A stretch of DNA of 64,000 nucleotides, taken from Rhynchobatus australiae. Taxonomy: Eukaryota. A model generated the notes under the pieces. The model was not told the origin of the DNA. It did not search any database and worked only from the letters and a program-made list of their open reading frames with translations. A program made the position numbers and the translations under genes. This document shows positions 60,946 through 64,000 of this stretch, piece by piece (the first letter of the stretch is position 1; the number at the start of each line of letters is the position of its first letter). The stretch covers positions 62,001 through 126,000 of the forward strand of contig JAUZTB010003499.1 of assembly GCA_034780895.1 (NCBI GenBank). The letters are read 5' to 3'.

Positions 60946-61353
60946 TTATTTATTTTCTTTTTCTTTATAGTTAGTGCGGCGGCGATAATCAGTGCGATGA
61001 CTACGGCGATAATTACCATAACGATCGCGTTGTGTTTCTGATTTTTTCATTGGCGTTGGCGCTTTATTAATACCTTTTTCGGTAGTTAAATTAATAATTA
61101 AATAACGCCAAATAGCTTTATCAATATTAGCGCGGCGGATAAATTCTTGAACTTCTTGGGAACTAGGATCACTTTCAATTTCGGCAAGCGCATAAATTGC
61201 TACTTTTGATTTTTTAATTTGATAAGCTAATTCAGTGCGTTCCATTTTTTCAAATTTAGTCACTTTTTGAAAACTTTTTTTTAATAAAGAGTCTAGCTTT
61301 TCTAAAGTTTCAGTCGGAGGGATAATAAACATTATCTCGTATTTGTGCATCAT
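60946..61353 (-). CDS. rpsF: 30S ribosomal protein S6
   Basis: KYEIMFII.P, LAYQIKK, IWRYLII; rpsF-ssb-rpsR operon. Confidence 0.93.
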   Translation of the reverse strand: MMHKYEIMFIIPPTETLEKLDSLLKKSFQKVTKFEKMERTELAYQIKKSKVAIYALAEIESDPSSQEVQEFIRRANIDKAIWRYLIINLTTEKGINKAPTPMKKSETQRDRYGNYRRSHRTDYRRRTNYKEKENK

Positions 61354-61358
61354 TTGCA

Positions 61359-61400
61359 ACTCCTTTTGGTCATGGCGGGCCTTTTTGGGCCAAGGGTGTT
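61359..61400 (-). ncRNA. S6:S18-binding leader RNA
   Basis: Minus strand aacacccttggccc...ggcCCGccatgaccaaaaggag: CCG motif and ccttgg/ccaaaagg stem overlapping the SD. Confidence 0.6.
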
Positions 61401-61482
61401 ATCGACAATATAAATATTAGTAACTTTAATGATAACACTAAGAACTAAAAAAAGTTCTTACTTTTAAACTCTTTTTTTAGTT

Positions 61483-61977
61483 TTAAGATGCACTTTTTAA
61501 AACTGAAATTAAACTAGTAATATTAGTTTGCTTTAATAAACTATTAACAAAGTCTTGATCTTGCATTTTAGTAATTATCTTTTCAGCCAAAATTTCAAAT
61601 TCATATTCTTCATTTTTAATGGCTAAAACAATAATCATGCGAAACGATTTAATGGCAAATTTATTAATTATTAAGGGATTTAAAAAAGTCGCTAAGGCAA
61701 AACTACTCTTAAAAATGGTATGCGCTGTATAAGGGGCACGAATTATTAAAACTTCATTAAAATTTAAAAAAAGATTTTTGTGCAAATTTAAAATGGCTTC
61801 GCGAGTTGTATTAATAAGTTGCTGAGCAACTTTTTTAGCAAGCACTAAAGGATAAATACTGACTTCTAAGGCGCGTAACAGTCCTTCTGCTGGTAAGTTT
61901 AACTTGATGGCGTTATCGTTTAAAAGATTTTGCCAAAAAAGGCTTAAATCTTTATGATCATTATTTTTATTTGTCAT
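61483..61977 (-). CDS. Orphan PTS EIIA type-2 (UlaC/MtlF-like) protein lacking the phospho-His
   Basis: Pattern LL....I.LN..A....AL.....PL, F.L.T...P, IIVLA, and C-terminal helices match EIIA-2; AxPHA reads LIIRA. Confidence 0.6.
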   Translation of the reverse strand: MTNKNNDHKDLSLFWQNLLNDNAIKLNLPAEGLLRALEVSIYPLVLAKKVAQQLINTTREAILNLHKNLFLNFNEVLIIRAPYTAHTIFKSSFALATFLNPLIINKFAIKSFRMIIVLAIKNEEYEFEILAEKIITKMQDQDFVNSLLKQTNITSLISVLKSAS

Positions 61978-62413
61978 TAAGGGCGTCTATTCTAGCGATG
62001 TGACGACCTCCTTCAAAGTTTGTACTTTCATACTCTTCAATCATCTTAGTAGCTTCTTCAAAACTTATCTGACGGCCACCAAAAGTTAAAAAATTAGCAT
62101 TATTGTGTTTTTTAGCTAAACATGCATCTTCTTCAGAAGTAACTCTAGCAGCGACAATATGATTGTGACGATTAAGAGCATAACCAATACCTAATCCAGT
62201 TCCGCAAATGCCAATGCCATAAGCAATGTCTTCTTTATTTTGTAAATAATAATTGGCAGCATCATGGCCAAAAGTTGCATAACTTACTGAATCTTTACTA
62301 TTTTGGGCGCCAATATCAACGATTTCATCGCCCCGGTTGCGATAATACTCAATTAATTTAGCTTTCAGCTCATAACCAGCATGATCTGAGCTAATTATAA
62401 TTTTTTTGTTCAT
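61967..62413 (-). CDS. rpiB: Ribose-5-phosphate isomerase B (RpiB/LacAB family)
   Basis: SDHAGYELK, GICGTGLG, HNNANFL, FEGGRH..RI. Confidence 0.92.
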   Translation of the reverse strand: MNKKIIISSDHAGYELKAKLIEYYRNRGDEIVDIGAQNSKDSVSYATFGHDAANYYLQNKEDIAYGIGICGTGLGIGYALNRHNHIVAARVTSEEDACLAKKHNNANFLTFGGRQISFEEATKMIEEYESTNFEGGRHIARIDALNDK

Positions 62414-63878
62414 TTTTACCTCACTTTTTAAGATTTTCACAGTTAATTATATTATAGAATTCTTAGCCCTTTTTCTTTTATTAAAAAGAAAAATAATTAA
62501 CTTTAATGAGCGTTTGCAAAAGTGTTTGCAGTTATTTAAAAAATTTACTCAAAACAGTATTTTTTTGTAATAAGCTGATTATCAATTATTAATTAAAAAA
62601 TTGGCTTTTAAAGCCATTTTAGCAAGAATCAAAATTAATAATTTTGAGCCTTAAAAACGATCATTAACTATTAAGAATGAGTTGGCAAAAGTTGCTTTGG
62701 ATAAAAAATTAAAAAATCACTTATTAATTAATTTTTAAAAGAGCTTGATTACTAAAGAGCTTGATGAAAGCTTTAAGTTATTTTTAATAATTTAAAAAAG
62801 CCAAAGACTAAATAAATTAATCACTAAAAGTGCAACTTAATAAAGCCATGAAACTTTCTAATTTCGATTAAAACGCTCTAAAACTGAATCATAAGTTGAG
62901 ACTTAAAAGCGAAAATGTAGTTTTTTTAGTTAATTACTTTAGCGCTTCAGCTGAGAGCAAAAAAATGAATAAAAGCAAAAGAACTAAGAAACATACAAAG
63001 CAAAAAAAGACTAGACTTTGACTAATAAAAAAGACTTATCAAAAAAAGTCTTTAAAAAAACTTAAACACTAATATTTTTAATAAAAGTAAATGCTACTCA
63101 AGCTTTTAAAGAAAAAGTAACTAAAAAGGCTAAAGCCTTTTAAGAGAATGCTTAAATCAAAAATAAATTAAAATTTTAGCTGTTTAAAGCAAGCTTTAAA
63201 AACTATTAATAATAATTAAAGGCTTGATCATGAAGACTAAATTTTAGGGCCTAACTGATAAATGAAATTAATTAAACTTAAAGAAAAAGATTAGCTATGC
63301 ATATTGATCTAAACTATGAAAAATATAAGCAATCAAAAATTAGCTTAAATTTATAAACAACATTTTTTGATTTTCAAAACATGTTCCTTTGTAAAGTGAG
63401 ATCAGTTTTTTTAGTCTTAAATTTTTCCATTTTATGATTTAAAAACGGGATGAATTAACTTGATAAATATTTAAGTTCTAATAAGCTTTCTGATAAGTAG
63501 TATTAAGAAAAAATTATTGTTTCCTAAGCAACTAGTTAAAACTTGCAATTTGTTTTAAAAGACTTATGTATTTACTAAGTTAATAAATTTATTAATAACT
63601 ATATTGGTAACATAAAAAAGTTACTATTAATTAAAATTTCTCAATAACTAAAAAGCAAAAATATTATCTTTGCAAACTTAATTATTAATAAATCCATCTA
63701 ATATTTTTTTAAGTGTCTTTTTTGATTTTAGTTTGCTTAGGTTTTATCTTAGAATCTAAATCACACGCTGAAGCGATTTAATCTGCGCTTTTTGGTTTCA
63801 AAGATTTTTGAAATTAGCCTTAGTAATATTTTTATCTCTAAAAAATTTCTTAGCATTTTTATCAAAGCGAGTAACTAT

Positions 63879-63998
63879 TTATTGTTGCAATAATTTAATA
63901 GTTCGCTTTCTAAAATAGAGATATCCGATCAAATAATAAAGTCCACTTAATATTAGACTTAAAGCTACTCATATTGCTATTAAAACACTGATCACTTG
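63879..63998 (-). CDS. C-terminal fragment of a membrane protein entering from beyond the window
   Basis: QVISVLIAIWVALSLILSGLYYLIGYLYFRKRTIKLLQQ*: TM helix with basic tail. Confidence 0.45.
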
Positions 63999-64000
63999 GC

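Noticed and set aside
62966-63073. Small Lys-rich ORF as a real gene
   Set aside because: Low-complexity A-rich sequence, no recognisable family; kept only as part of the non-coding region note

Overview
AT-rich Mollicutes (Mycoplasma-type) chromosomal segment read with genetic code 4. TGA is Trp, so the supplied ORF track fragments most genes; I rejoined them by reading through in-frame TGA. The housekeeping backbone is parE/parC, a heterodimeric ABC exporter, ftsZ-ftsA-like-rsmH-mraZ, rplM-rpsI, tRNA-Ile, pyrG-ileS-lspA, asnA, tRNA-Arg(GCG), cdsA, polC, tsaC, rmuC, rpsB-tsf, dinB, secDF, ruvAB, rpmF, secG-rnr-smpB, rpsF-ssb-rpsR and rpiB. Notable accessory content: (1) a ~913-aa repeat lipoprotein with three pneumococcal-type histidine-triad motifs (HxDHYH); (2) an ArsR regulator with its own palindromic operator and a P1B ATPase with a Cys/His-rich N-terminus, which together with (1) suggest a metal-handling system; (3) two orphan PTS domains that both lack their phospho-acceptor residue; (4) an ImmA/IrrE-like metallopeptidase and a coupled two-nuclease pair; (5) a ~1230-aa repeat surface protein with a decayed neighbouring paralog; (6) three single-base frameshifts, two in the identical GCCAGGA context. 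I saw no CRISPR array, IS element or prophage. Family assignments come from motif recognition by eye, not database searches.
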